DNA of 64,000 nt from Bacteroidia bacterium (GTDB lineage: Bacteria > Bacteroidota > Bacteroidia > UKL13-3). Shown here one piece after another: positions 9,941 to 18,867 of this stretch. Below the pieces are notes generated by a model that searched no databases, was not told where the DNA came from, and saw nothing but the letters and a program-made list of their open reading frames with translations. Each line of letters starts with the position of its first letter. Within the stretch, counting starts at the first letter, position 1. Made by a program: the position numbers and the translations under genes. The DNA lies in NCBI GenBank assembly GCA_014376805.1, contig JACMQU010000110.1, forward strand, positions 259 to 64,258, written 5' to 3'.

Positions 9941-11587
9941 CTATTCCAGTTGTAATTTCACAAATTGATCTGCTCCTTTATTTTTCGTAAAAAGTATCAG
10001 TTCGTTTTTACCACTTATAGTTAGAAAGTCATCATCGGCTGAGCCTTCCTGAAGGATATTTTTTTCGTAGTCGGAGGATATAAATAAAAAATTATTTTTG
10101 ATTTTACCGTTTATCGAATTTAAAGAAGAGCAAATAAATTGCGGAGTGCCTGAATCATGTAAATTTTTGAGTAAACTCAGATCAAAATTCTCTTTAGAAT
10201 ATAAATCAAAATTCTTTGGTTCCTCGTTGTGAAAAATATATAGTTGTTGTTCTGTGGCAATGGCATTATATTGTTTATAATGGTGAAGGATTTTTGCATT
10301 AAATGAATTTCGGTATGGTATATGGCTAACCCATTCATACAAGCCATTATTATTAAATTTCACCACAAGTATATCTCTGTAATGGTATTTAATGGTATTG
10401 GTGGTGGCGGGAGAAGGAACTGTAGGATGTAATTTGGAAAATTTGGGTGAACCGGCCTGCTGATGATTCGGATCCTCTTCAAGAACAGGTGCTTCCGCAT
10501 ATTCTTTGGTGTATTGCTGTGCCACAAGATAAATATCATTGCCTGTATTGAGCATATAATCTAATGCATATTCATATTTTGGAGCATTATCAATATTAGG
10601 GTCTATCCGTAACAAAACGGGTTCCTCTAAAAACTTTACCGTTTTAGCTATAAATTTATCATTTTTTTTGTTCAGAATATAACAAAAATACCCTGTGTTT
10701 GACCTGCTGCCTTCAATATTTTTAAGCATGCCCCCTATGATAAGTTCATTGTTTGCAGTCCTTGAAAATTTAACCGAACTAATCAGGTAGTTTCCATCAA
10801 ATTCCAGTTGCAACATCTTTTCAGAAATTAATTGCCCTGATAAAATATATAACTGATAAGTATAAAAAAGGCCCTCACTTTTATCTGCATTTCTGAATAG
10901 AAAATAAAAGTGATAATTTTTATCCATATCCGGTCCTGCTTTGTCACTTATATCTTCCATACCAATTAAAGTTTCTTCCAGGTTCCTTTCACGGGATCCT
11001 TTTCCCGGGCGTTCACTTTTCATTGTTTTCTCCCATACTTTTGAAAGTGCCGGTTTAAGTTCAAAAAGATATAATTCAGAAATATAATCATTGGCTTCTG
11101 AGGGTTCATAAGAAGCTTTGATAAAAATCCTATTCAGGGCTGCGTTAAATGAAATGGTATAAATGATATATACATTTTTAATGGTAATCAGGTTTGCGTG
11201 TGTTTCTATTATATTGCCCTGTGCAGAAACAGACTGATAATATAAATTTGTTAGTTCAGTATTGTCGTTATAGTGACTCTTAAAAATATATACATTACCC
11301 AAAGCATATTGGATAGAAATAACCTGGTCATTTATTCCTTCAGGGTAAATTATTTTTTTTGAAAAAACAGGAGTTAAACTGTTTTTATTATACTTTTCGA
11401 GATAAAATGCCCCGCCCGTAGCATTGCTCATTCTATAAGCATAAAAAGAAGAATCATCTCCTCGCACCATCCGGTTCATCTTTTTATCATCTTTATTTTC
11501 GATCATAGGGCCAATGCTGGTTTTCACCTGAGCCATTATAAAAAAAGGGTAAATGCATAACAGCAGAAATATCGTTTTAACTTTCAT
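9941..11587 (-). CDS. Hypothetical secreted protein
   Basis: 548-aa ORF with signal peptide (MKVKTIFLLLCIYPFFIMAQ). I recognise no motif. Confidence 0.55.
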   Translation of the reverse strand: MKVKTIFLLLCIYPFFIMAQVKTSIGPMIENKDDKKMNRMVRGDDSSFYAYRMSNATGGAFYLEKYNKNSLTPVFSKKIIYPEGINDQVISIQYALGNVYIFKSHYNDNTELTNLYYQSVSAQGNIIETHANLITIKNVYIIYTISFNAALNRIFIKASYEPSEANDYISELYLFELKPALSKVWEKTMKSERPGKGSRERNLEETLIGMEDISDKAGPDMDKNYHFYFLFRNADKSEGLFYTYQLYILSGQLISEKMLQLEFDGNYLISSVKFSRTANNELIIGGMLKNIEGSRSNTGYFCYILNKKNDKFIAKTVKFLEEPVLLRIDPNIDNAPKYEYALDYMLNTGNDIYLVAQQYTKEYAEAPVLEEDPNHQQAGSPKFSKLHPTVPSPATTNTIKYHYRDILVVKFNNNGLYEWVSHIPYRNSFNAKILHHYKQYNAIATEQQLYIFHNEEPKNFDLYSKENFDLSLLKNLHDSGTPQFICSSLNSINGKIKNNFLFISSDYEKNILQEGSADDDFLTISGKNELILFTKNKGADQFVKLQLE

Positions 11588-11883
11588 AGATCAGTTCACT
11601 TGTTTACCCTGCAAGTACCGACATTATTGTTATTAAAAAAACAGGTATGTAAATATTATAAAATTTATTAATCTTTATAACGCTTAACAGCGTCATAACT
11701 TCCCTAGAAATTTACCTTTTAGTTGGGATTAATTATCGGCTAGGTGCTATTTATAACGGGCAAATTAATTCGTTTTGTGCATAACATTAAATTCATTTTT
11801 CTTTGGGTATGCATTGCAATAAAGCAAAATGAACCACCTGATTAGTTAATAAACATTTTAACTAAAAAACGATCCGGAATATT

Positions 11884-11891
11884 TAAATTTG
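11884..11891 (+). promoter_or_regulatory. -7 box (TAAATTTG) upstream of trhO
   Basis: Exact TAnnTTTG match ending 10 nt before ATG 11902. Confidence 0.35.
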
Positions 11892-11901
11892 CCGGGTTAA
11901 T

Positions 11902-12813
11902 ATGAATAAAAAATCTAAATATCTGGTACTGGCATTTTATTTTTATACTCCTGTTTGTGATGCTGAAGAGTTTGTAATTCAGCATTTAAACTATTGTAAA
12001 ATGCTGGGTATTACCGGAAGAGTATATATAGCCAGAGAGGGTATCAATGGCACCATTTGCGGTACTCCGCAACAATGTTATATTTATATGGATGATCTCA
12101 GATCGGATGCTCGTTTTGAAACCATCAGCTTTAAAATTAGTGAATTCGATCATTCCACTTTTAACAGGATGCATGTGCGCTTAAAAAAAGAAATCGTATT
12201 TTCTGGCCTGGAGCATGTTAACCCGATAAGGCGTACCGGCATACATTTGCATGGAAAAGAATTCCAGGCAATGAAGGATAATAAGGATGTGGTGGTAATA
12301 GATGTGCGGTCGAATTATGAAACCCGCATGGGCAAGTTTAAAAATGCAGTTACACTGAATATGGAAACCTTTAGGGAATTTCCTTCAAAATTAGCTGAAC
12401 TTGAACAATACCGTGATAAAAAAGTTATTACTTACTGCACCGGTGGTATTAAGTGCGAAAAGGCGTCGGCTTATTTACTGGAACAAGGTTTTAAAGAGGT
12501 GTTTCAATTATATGATGGCATAATTGGCTATGCAAAAGAAACCGGCGGAAAAGATTTTGATGGCGTGTTATATGTATTTGATGGCAGGGTTACGTTACCT
12601 GTTAATGAAATTAACCCTGTGGTTATTTCAATATGTATAAAATGTAATAATCCCACTCCGCGTAGTTTAAATTGCGCCAATGTAGAATGCAATGAACAGT
12701 TTACCATGTGCGAATCCTGTGCTACTGAAATGCAAGGCTGCTGCTCTGAGGCTTGTTTGCTGGCTCCGGGCAAGAGGGTTTATAATGGAACCGGCTTCTA
12801 TGCGCGACTTTGA
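11902..12813 (+). CDS. trhO: Rhodanese-domain tRNA uridine(34) hydroxylase (UPF0176/YceA family)
   Basis: Typical N-terminus (ALYKF-like LAFYFYTPV), GRVYIAREGINGTI, a rhodanese active-site loop (ITYCTGGIKCEKAS) and a Cys-rich C-terminal tail. Confidence 0.8.
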   Translation: MNKKSKYLVLAFYFYTPVCDAEEFVIQHLNYCKMLGITGRVYIAREGINGTICGTPQQCYIYMDDLRSDARFETISFKISEFDHSTFNRMHVRLKKEIVFSGLEHVNPIRRTGIHLHGKEFQAMKDNKDVVVIDVRSNYETRMGKFKNAVTLNMETFREFPSKLAELEQYRDKKVITYCTGGIKCEKASAYLLEQGFKEVFQLYDGIIGYAKETGGKDFDGVLYVFDGRVTLPVNEINPVVISICIKCNNPTPRSLNCANVECNEQFTMCESCATEMQGCCSEACLLAPGKRVYNGTGFYARL

Positions 12814-12900
12814 GGAAGAAGGTGGGAAGGTTAGAAGGTAAAAAAGTTAGCAGGTAAGAAGGTGAGAGGGGAAGAGTGGAAAAGAGGTATGACTTCGTAA
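12814..12900 (+). repeat. Purine-rich repeat block with the left arm of an inverted repeat
   Basis: Three direct AGAAGGT(R)-like units (12816-12825, 12831-12839, 12855-12865), then GGTATGACTTCGTAA (12886-12900). The reverse complement of that 15-mer matches 13950-13964 at 13 of 15 positions. Confidence 0.5.
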
Positions 12901-12918
12901 TCTGTATTTGGTATTTCA

Positions 12919-13227
12919 ATGAAAAAAACAGCAAATAAAAATATCACCACACTTGAAGAAATCCTGAACAAAAAATATGGCAAGACAGAAACTCCTAAAC
13001 GTGAAAAATGGGAACAAGAATTTGAATCATTCCGACTTGGAGTATTGTTAGAAGAGGTTAGAATTAAACTTGGCATGATACAAGCTCAATTGGCGGAAAA
13101 ATGCGGGACCAACAAATCATATATATCACGCATTGAGAATGACGCTTCCGACATCAGGCTTTCGACCTTGATGAAAATTATTCATCAAGGGCTTGGGGGA
13201 CACCTTAAGCTTACTCTTACGCTATAG
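12919..13227 (+). CDS. XRE-family helix-turn-helix protein (HigA-antitoxin-like)
   Basis: The HTH segment [36 protein letters not shown] is typical of XRE/Cro-type regulators. Only 102 aa, with no partner toxin ORF nearby. Confidence 0.7.
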   Translation: MKKTANKNITTLEEILNKKYGKTETPKREKWEQEFESFRLGVLLEEVRIKLGMIQAQLAEKCGTNKSYISRIENDASDIRLSTLMKIIHQGLGGHLKLTLTL

Positions 13228-13545
13228 CTGACAAGGGAGGCACAAGGTATAACAAAGGCTTACCATTAAGTAGCGGCATTGCTTTTCGCTGGGCTATTTT
13301 GTGTATGTTTATAATGAGGTTATACGTGGGTACCTAGGTGACATCCGCCACCTTCTGGTAGCCTCACCCGATTGATAATTTGAATATTTTTAGTCAATTG
13401 ATTATAAAAACTTCGAACTGAAAGGAAAATTAGTTTAATAGACTTTGTTTTTCAGTAATAAAATCTTATATATAGGATTTAAGATATGTTGATTCTTTGC
13501 TGAAGTGGGCTGAATGTTTTTGGTTTGCAATTCAGAACAGAAGCT

Positions 13546-13929
13546 ATGGAAATAATCAGGTATCACAGTCAATTAAAAGTTTATCAAAAATCTGTTGCTG
13601 TTTCAATGGAAATATTCCGACTTACAAAAAATTTTCCCAAAGAAGAAACGTATTCCTTATCAGATCAAATCAGGCAATCGTCCCGTTCAGTATCTGCCAG
13701 TATCGCAGAAGCCTTTAAACGACGCATATATTTAAAATCATTTTGTTCGAAACTAAATGAAAGTGAAGCCGAAGCAGCCGAAACTCAAAGCTGGCTTCAC
13801 TATGCACTTGCCTGCCAATATTTAAAAGATGATGAACATAAAAAAATGGATGAAACATATTCTGAAATTATCTCCATGCTCGTAAAAATGCAACAATACC
13901 CTCAAAAGTGGTCAATCCAAAAACCTTAA
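13546..13929 (+). CDS. Four-helix-bundle protein (23S rRNA intervening-sequence protein / Avd-like, TIGR02436 family)
   Basis: Family hallmarks: LKVYQKS..VSMEIFRLTKNFPKEETYSLSDQIRQSSRSVSASIAEAF.R and ESEAEAAETQSWLHYA. Start placed at ATG 13546 rather than TTG 13525. Confidence 0.8.
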   Translation: MEIIRYHSQLKVYQKSVAVSMEIFRLTKNFPKEETYSLSDQIRQSSRSVSASIAEAFKRRIYLKSFCSKLNESEAEAAETQSWLHYALACQYLKDDEHKKMDETYSEIISMLVKMQQYPQKWSIQKP

Positions 13930-13949
13930 ACCGTCGCTAAAGCTATGGC

Positions 13950-13987
13950 TTATGAAGTCACACCTTCCTCCCCCCAAACTTCTCCCC
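13950..13987 (+). repeat. Right arm of the inverted repeat plus a pyrimidine-rich tract
   Basis: TTATGAAGTCACACC (13950-13964) followed by ttcctccccccaaacttctcccc. This is the reverse-complement counterpart of the purine-rich block at 12855-12900. Confidence 0.5.
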
Positions 13988-14038
13988 AATTTATGCACAC
14001 AACTTCAAGCATCGCCGGTAAAGGGTTAAATTGCGGCA

Positions 14039-16642
14039 ATGGCTAAGAAAGCAGACGGCAGCGAAACCCCATTGATGAAACAATACCTGGATATTAAAAC
14101 AAAATATCCCGGTGCTATTTTGCTTTTCAGGGTTGGCGATTTTTACGAAATGTTTGGAGAAGATGCCATCAAAGCCTCACAAATTCTGGGCATTGTTTTA
14201 ACCAGGCGCGCTAATGGTTCTGCTACGTACATTGAACTAGCGGGGTTCCCCCATCACTCGCTGGATAATTACCTGCCCAAACTGGTTCGCGCCGGGCAAC
14301 GCGTGGCTATTTGCGATCAGCTTGAAGACCCAAAACTCACAAAAAAAATTGTGAAGCGCGGGGTTACCGAACTCATAACCCCGGGTGTAAGCTATAATGA
14401 TAAAATACTTGATCACCGCAGCAATAATTATCTGGCAGCGGTTTATCTTGAAACTGAAAAAGGTGGTGTGGCTTTTCTGGATATTTCTACCGGAGAGTTT
14501 ATGGCAACTGAAGGCCCAATCCCTTATATCGACAAATTACTGCAAAGCTTTAAGCCGTCTGAAACACTGGTTTCGAAAAAACAACTGAACGTCTTTAAAC
14601 AGCATTTCGGCGATAAATTTTATACTTATACTTTAGATGAATGGGTGTTTCAGCATAATTACGCTTATGATAAATTACTGCAGCATTTTAATACACAAAC
14701 TTTAAAAGGATTTGGCATTCAGAATATGCTTATGGCAGTTACTGCTGCAGGTGTATGCATGCATTACCTGAGTGAAACGCATCACGATCAGGTTGGACAT
14801 ATTCAATCAATCTCCAGAATTAATGAAGAAAAATATGTATGGCTTGACCGCTTTACTATACGCAATTTAGAGTTGTTACAATCGGGCAATGAAAACGGTG
14901 TTTCGCTGATACAAGTTATAGATTGCACTGTTACACCTATGGGTGCCCGACTGCTTAAACGATGGCTGGTAATGCCTTTAAAAGACCTGGTGCTTATAAA
15001 TGAACGTTTAACAATAGTGGAAGAAGCCAAACGATCGGATATACTACGAAAAAGTATGATTGATGTGCTTAAGCAGGTTGGCGATTTGGAACGATTAATT
15101 TCAAAACTGGCTATGAGAAGAATTGGCCCGCGCGAAATGCAACAGTTAAACCGTTCATTAAAAACTATTGAACACATTAAATTATTGCTCAAGCAATCAC
15201 CCAACGATCAATTGCATAAACTCTCAGATCAACTCAACCCCTGCACGTGGGTTACAGAAAAACTCGATAAGGAACTTATGCCCGATCCTCCTATAACAGC
15301 AAATAGAGGTAACGTGATTAAAGAAGGCGTAGATGCCCATTTAGATGAACTCAGAAAGATTGCATTTGGTGGTAAAGGATATTTGCTCGAACTGCAAAAA
15401 AAAGAGCAGGAACGCACTGGTATTCCGAGTTTAAAAATAGCGTTTAATAATGTATTTGGATATTACCTTGAAGTAACACACTTGCATAAAGATAAAGTGC
15501 CGGCAGACTGGATGCGAAAACAAACGCTCACCAATGCTGAACGCTATATTACCGAAGAACTAAAACAATACGAAGAACAGATTCTTGGTGCCGAAGAAAA
15601 AATATCGGTGATTGAAGAAAGATTGTACACTGAACTTGTAACCGCTTTGGTTGATTACGTAATTCCGATACAAGCCAATGCCCAAATTATAGCACGGATA
15701 GATTGCCTTTACTCCTTTGCACAATTAGCCGAGAATAATCATTATTGTAAACCGGAGTTAAATGAAGGTAATGAATTAATTATTAAAGATGCCCGGCACC
15801 CGGTTATCGAAAAGCAATTGCCTTTGGGTGAACCCTATATAGCCAATGATATTTACCTTGACCGCGACACGCAGCAAATGATCATTTTAACAGGCCCTAA
15901 TATGTCTGGTAAATCTGCTGTTTTAAGACAAACAGCCTTATGCGTTTTAATGGCACAGATAGGAAGTTTTGTTCCTGCCTCTTATGCAAAACTGGCAATT
16001 GTTGATAAAATTTTTACAAGAGTAGGCGCCAGTGATAATTTGTCGTCGGGCGAAAGTACTTTTATGGTGGAAATGACCGAAACGGCCAGTATTCTCAATA
16101 ACTTATCGCCTAACAGCCTTATACTTCTGGATGAAATTGGAAGAGGTACTTCAACCTATGATGGCATCTCTCTTGCATGGGCCATTAGTGAGTATTTAAA
16201 CAAGCATCCCTATAAACCCAAAACCCTATTTGCCACGCATTACCATGAGCTAAACGAACTGGAACAACCTGGCAATGGGATCAGGAATTACCATGTAAAT
16301 GTAAAAGAACAGGATAAAAAAGTAATTTTTTTACGCAAACTTAAAGAGGGTGGGAGCGAGCATAGTTTCGGTATTCATGTGGCACGTATGGCTGGTATTC
16401 CTAAAACAGTTTTATTGCGTTCAGACGAACTACTAAAAGAACTTGAAAAGAACCGCGAGAACATGTCGGCAAAAGATGGTGGCAAGGTTAAAGTGAGCCC
16501 TATTCAACTTAGTATGTTTCAAATGGATGATCCTTTAATGCAAACCATCCGGGCGCAACTGGAACACTTGGATCTGAATACACTTTCGCCAATAGAAGCT
16601 TTACTTAAGCTAAATGAAATTAAGCTTTTGTTAAAAGGGTAA
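14039..16642 (+). CDS. mutS: DNA mismatch repair protein MutS
   Basis: TPLMKQYLDIK..YPGAILLFRVGDFYEMFGEDA N-terminus, Walker A (ILTGPNMSGKSAVLRQ), STFMVEMTE and LLDEIGRGTSTYDGISLA motifs. 867 aa. Confidence 0.97.
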   Translation: MAKKADGSETPLMKQYLDIKTKYPGAILLFRVGDFYEMFGEDAIKASQILGIVLTRRANGSATYIELAGFPHHSLDNYLPKLVRAGQRVAICDQLEDPKLTKKIVKRGVTELITPGVSYNDKILDHRSNNYLAAVYLETEKGGVAFLDISTGEFMATEGPIPYIDKLLQSFKPSETLVSKKQLNVFKQHFGDKFYTYTLDEWVFQHNYAYDKLLQHFNTQTLKGFGIQNMLMAVTAAGVCMHYLSETHHDQVGHIQSISRINEEKYVWLDRFTIRNLELLQSGNENGVSLIQVIDCTVTPMGARLLKRWLVMPLKDLVLINERLTIVEEAKRSDILRKSMIDVLKQVGDLERLISKLAMRRIGPREMQQLNRSLKTIEHIKLLLKQSPNDQLHKLSDQLNPCTWVTEKLDKELMPDPPITANRGNVIKEGVDAHLDELRKIAFGGKGYLLELQKKEQERTGIPSLKIAFNNVFGYYLEVTHLHKDKVPADWMRKQTLTNAERYITEELKQYEEQILGAEEKISVIEERLYTELVTALVDYVIPIQANAQIIARIDCLYSFAQLAENNHYCKPELNEGNELIIKDARHPVIEKQLPLGEPYIANDIYLDRDTQQMIILTGPNMSGKSAVLRQTALCVLMAQIGSFVPASYAKLAIVDKIFTRVGASDNLSSGESTFMVEMTETASILNNLSPNSLILLDEIGRGTSTYDGISLAWAISEYLNKHPYKPKTLFATHYHELNELEQPGNGIRNYHVNVKEQDKKVIFLRKLKEGGSEHSFGIHVARMAGIPKTVLLRSDELLKELEKNRENMSAKDGGKVKVSPIQLSMFQMDDPLMQTIRAQLEHLDLNTLSPIEALLKLNEIKLLLKG

Positions 16643-16702
16643 CTTGCAGTTAACAATCAGTATGAAGGATTATATAATATTAAAAATAAAAATAAAATTA
16701 AA

Positions 16703-17980
16703 ATGAACTATCAATTAGCTGATGAGGCTGTACGGGAAATAAAATCGGGTAACAGGGTTTTTGTTCATGGGAGTGCAGCTACCCCAATTCACCTCTTAAA
16801 AGCAATGTTTAAAAGAAGCAATGAATTAGAAAATGTTGAATTAGTATGTATCACAACTTTAGGGGAAGGGGTTTTTAAAGAGGCGGGTTCTAAGAAAAAT
16901 TTCTTTATAAATTCCCTTTTCGTTTCAGATAATGTAAGAGAAATTGTTAACAGTGAAGGAGGCGATTATATCCCGGTTTTTCTAAGTGAAATTAATCAGT
17001 TATTTGAAAAAGGAATTTTGCCATTGGATGTTGCTCTGATTCATGTTTCTCCTCCCGATAAACATGGTTTTTGCTCGCTGGGTACCTCTGTAGATATAAC
17101 CCGTTCTGCAGTAAAACATTCCAGATATGTGATAGCCCAGGTTAATGCGCGCATGCCGCGTACCCATGGCGATGGTATTATACATGTGAGCGAAATTAAT
17201 GTGCTGGTTGAGGTGGATGAGGCCTTGCCCGAAGTTAACTATCATGATGGCATTGATGAAACTGCACTTACCATAGGTAAATATTGTGCTGAACTTATTG
17301 AAGATCGCTCAGCTCTGCAAATGGGAATAGGCACCATACCGGATGCTGTGCTTACCTGTTTATCTGATCATAAAGACTTGGGTATCCATACAGAAATGTT
17401 TTCTGATGGAATTATTCCTTTGGTTTTGAAAGGTGTGATCACTAACAAATACAAAAAGAAACACCGGGAGAAAATAGTAACAGGCTTTGCTATTGGTACA
17501 AAAAAATTATATGATTTTATTGATGATAATCCATTGGTTGCTTTCCTTGAAATTGATTATGTTAATAATACTTCTGTTATAGCTGCAAATCCAAAAGCTG
17601 TTGCCATCAATTCAGCTATTGAAATAGACCTCACCGGACAAGTTTGTGCCGATTCTATAGGAACATATCAATATTCTGGTGTTGGCGGGCAAATGGATTT
17701 CATGAGAGGTGCTGCCTTATCAGACGGTGGAAAACCTATTATTGCGTTAACATCAATAACAAAAAAAGGAGCTTCTAAAATTGTTCCTTTCCTTAAGAAT
17801 GGTGCAGGCGTAGTAACCACCAGAGCACATGTGCATTATGTGGTTACCGAATATGGAGTAGCCTATTTATTTGGTAAAAATATGAGGCAGCGTGCCATAG
17901 CATTGATGAACATTGCACATCCTATGCACAGAGAATGGTTAGAAAAAGCTATTCTGTTAAGGTTTGGAAATTATAAATAA
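16703..17980 (+). CDS. Acetyl-CoA hydrolase/transferase family protein (4-hydroxybutyrate CoA-transferase-like)
   Basis: 425 aa with family-typical segments (GSAATPIHLLKAM, LQMGIGTIPDAVL, INSAIEIDLTGQVCADSIG..QYSGVGGQMDFMRGA). Confidence 0.8.
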   Translation: MNYQLADEAVREIKSGNRVFVHGSAATPIHLLKAMFKRSNELENVELVCITTLGEGVFKEAGSKKNFFINSLFVSDNVREIVNSEGGDYIPVFLSEINQLFEKGILPLDVALIHVSPPDKHGFCSLGTSVDITRSAVKHSRYVIAQVNARMPRTHGDGIIHVSEINVLVEVDEALPEVNYHDGIDETALTIGKYCAELIEDRSALQMGIGTIPDAVLTCLSDHKDLGIHTEMFSDGIIPLVLKGVITNKYKKKHREKIVTGFAIGTKKLYDFIDDNPLVAFLEIDYVNNTSVIAANPKAVAINSAIEIDLTGQVCADSIGTYQYSGVGGQMDFMRGAALSDGGKPIIALTSITKKGASKIVPFLKNGAGVVTTRAHVHYVVTEYGVAYLFGKNMRQRAIALMNIAHPMHREWLEKAILLRFGNYK

Positions 17981-18062
17981 CAATAAAAAATATTTAGTCT
18001 GTAACCTTTTTACTATGAAAATCAGCAACTAAAGTATTACACTCAAAAAAAATGAAAAAACG

Positions 18063-18093
18063 TTTGCATACAACACTTCAGTTCTTATATTTG
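18063..18093 (+). promoter_or_regulatory. Complete Bacteroidota promoter (-33 TTTG / 19 nt / -7 TATATTTG) for the tRNA genes
   Basis: TTTG at 18063-18066, a 19-nt spacer and TATATTTG at 18086-18093. tRNA-Gly starts at 18174. Confidence 0.5.
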
Positions 18094-18173
18094 CAATCCC
18101 GAAAGGGTAATGCCACAATGGTTAGAGTGGGTTGAAGAGAAACCTCCTTCGCTAAAGCTACAGTGGTCAAAGT

Positions 18174-18249
18174 GCGAGAGTAGCTCAGTTGGTAGAGCGC
18201 AACCTTGCCAAGGTTGAGGTCGCGGGTTCGAGTCTCGTCTCTTGCTCCA
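18174..18249 (+). tRNA. tRNA-Gly (anticodon GCC)
   Basis: Cloverleaf folded by hand as GCGAGAG/TA/GCTC-AGTTGGTA-GAGC/G/CAACC-TTGCCAA-GGTTG/AGGTC/GCGGG-TTCGAGT-CTCGT/CTCTTGC/T/CCA. 76 nt with encoded CCA. Confidence 0.9.
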
Positions 18250-18487
18250 ATGGAAGAAGTTATTTGTTAATGTTATTGGATATTGATAATCTGTAACCAA
18301 TAGCCCTAAATAAATAACTTCTTTTTTTTGAATGCTTATTGAATTTATTACCACTAAACCGGTTCAATCTTCAAATGCATTTTTGTTTTTTATGAATGGA
18401 TCATTTTCTCTGGTGATGATCCCGATAACTATCGGGATGTTAAACAAGAGTTTTGAGAAATATTCCTATTAAGTGATAAATTTTTCT

Positions 18488-18575
18488 GCTCGGGTGGTGG
18501 AACTGGTAGACACGCAGGACTTAAAATCCTGTATCCTTTAAAGATGTGCGGGTTCAAGTCCCGCCCCGAGTACCA
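18488..18575 (+). tRNA. tRNA-Leu (anticodon UAA), long variable arm
   Basis: GCTCGGG acceptor, anticodon arm CAGGA-CTTAAAA-TCCTG, 16-nt variable arm, T arm GCGGG-TTCAAGT-CCCGC, 3' CCCGAGT-A-CCA. 88 nt. Positions 1-72 form a G-U pair. Confidence 0.88.
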
Positions 18576-18576
18576 T

Positions 18577-18610
18577 GGCCTTGTAATATTATAATTTACA
18601 AGGCCTTTTT
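18577..18610 (+). terminator. Intrinsic terminator after tRNA-Leu
   Basis: GGCCTTGTAA (18577-18586) pairs with TTACAAGGCC (18596-18605), a 10-bp perfect stem with a 9-nt loop, followed by TTTTT. Confidence 0.7.
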
Positions 18611-18801
18611 GCTGCTATTCCCACTTTATGGTAAATCTATTCCTTCATTTGATCAGTCGTTTGACCAGTTCGCTGCAGATTTAAAAAAGGAAGCAGAGAC
18701 GGTTATGAATACAACAAGATAATATTTATTTACTCCGGAAAACTTATATTGTAATTTAAATATAAGGCAAAAAATAAAGTGGAATTTAACTTTTTTAGTA
18801 A

Positions 18802-18829
18802 AATAACATTCATTTTAATGAATGTTATT
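18802..18829. promoter_or_regulatory. 28-bp perfect palindrome (13-bp arms): candidate operator at the head of the Cus module
   Basis: AATAACATTCATT-TT-AATGAATGTTATT. It ends about 24 nt upstream of the -7-like box TATATTGC (18853-18860), near where a -33 element would lie. Confidence 0.4.
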
Positions 18830-18867
18830 ATGCATATTCTTCGATTTTTTTGTATATTGCAAGTAGT

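Noticed and set aside
12722-13076. Two minus-strand ORFs (12722-12934 and 12831-13076) encoding Pro/Ser/Leu/Phe-rich peptides.
   Set aside because: They are translations of the purine-rich repeat block read on the opposite strand, and they overlap the trhO end and the XRE gene. This is repeat DNA, not coding sequence.
13497-13718. 73-aa ORF overlapping the start of the four-helix-bundle gene in another frame.
   Set aside because: The overlapping frame 13546-13929 carries the clear family motifs. This ORF has none.
18085-18354. 89-aa minus-strand ORF.
   Set aside because: It runs straight through tRNA-Gly (18174-18249) and its promoter and leader, so it is an artefact of open frames over a structured RNA gene.
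18612-18722. Open frame ending in TAA (…GKSIPSFDQSFDQFAADLKKEAETVMNTTR) just after the tRNA-Leu terminator. It could be a remnant of a gene at the island junction.
   Set aside because: It has no start codon. The frame only stays open by running through the tRNA and terminator, and the peptide matches no family I recognise. The evidence is insufficient.
18488-18850. Classical tRNA-integrated mobile genomic island, with tRNA-Leu as the attachment site.
   Set aside because: No integrase, excisionase, transposase or conjugation gene lies anywhere in 18.6-54.6 kb. I could not find a repeat of the tRNA-Leu 3' end at the far side. Only adjacency to the tRNA pair is reported.
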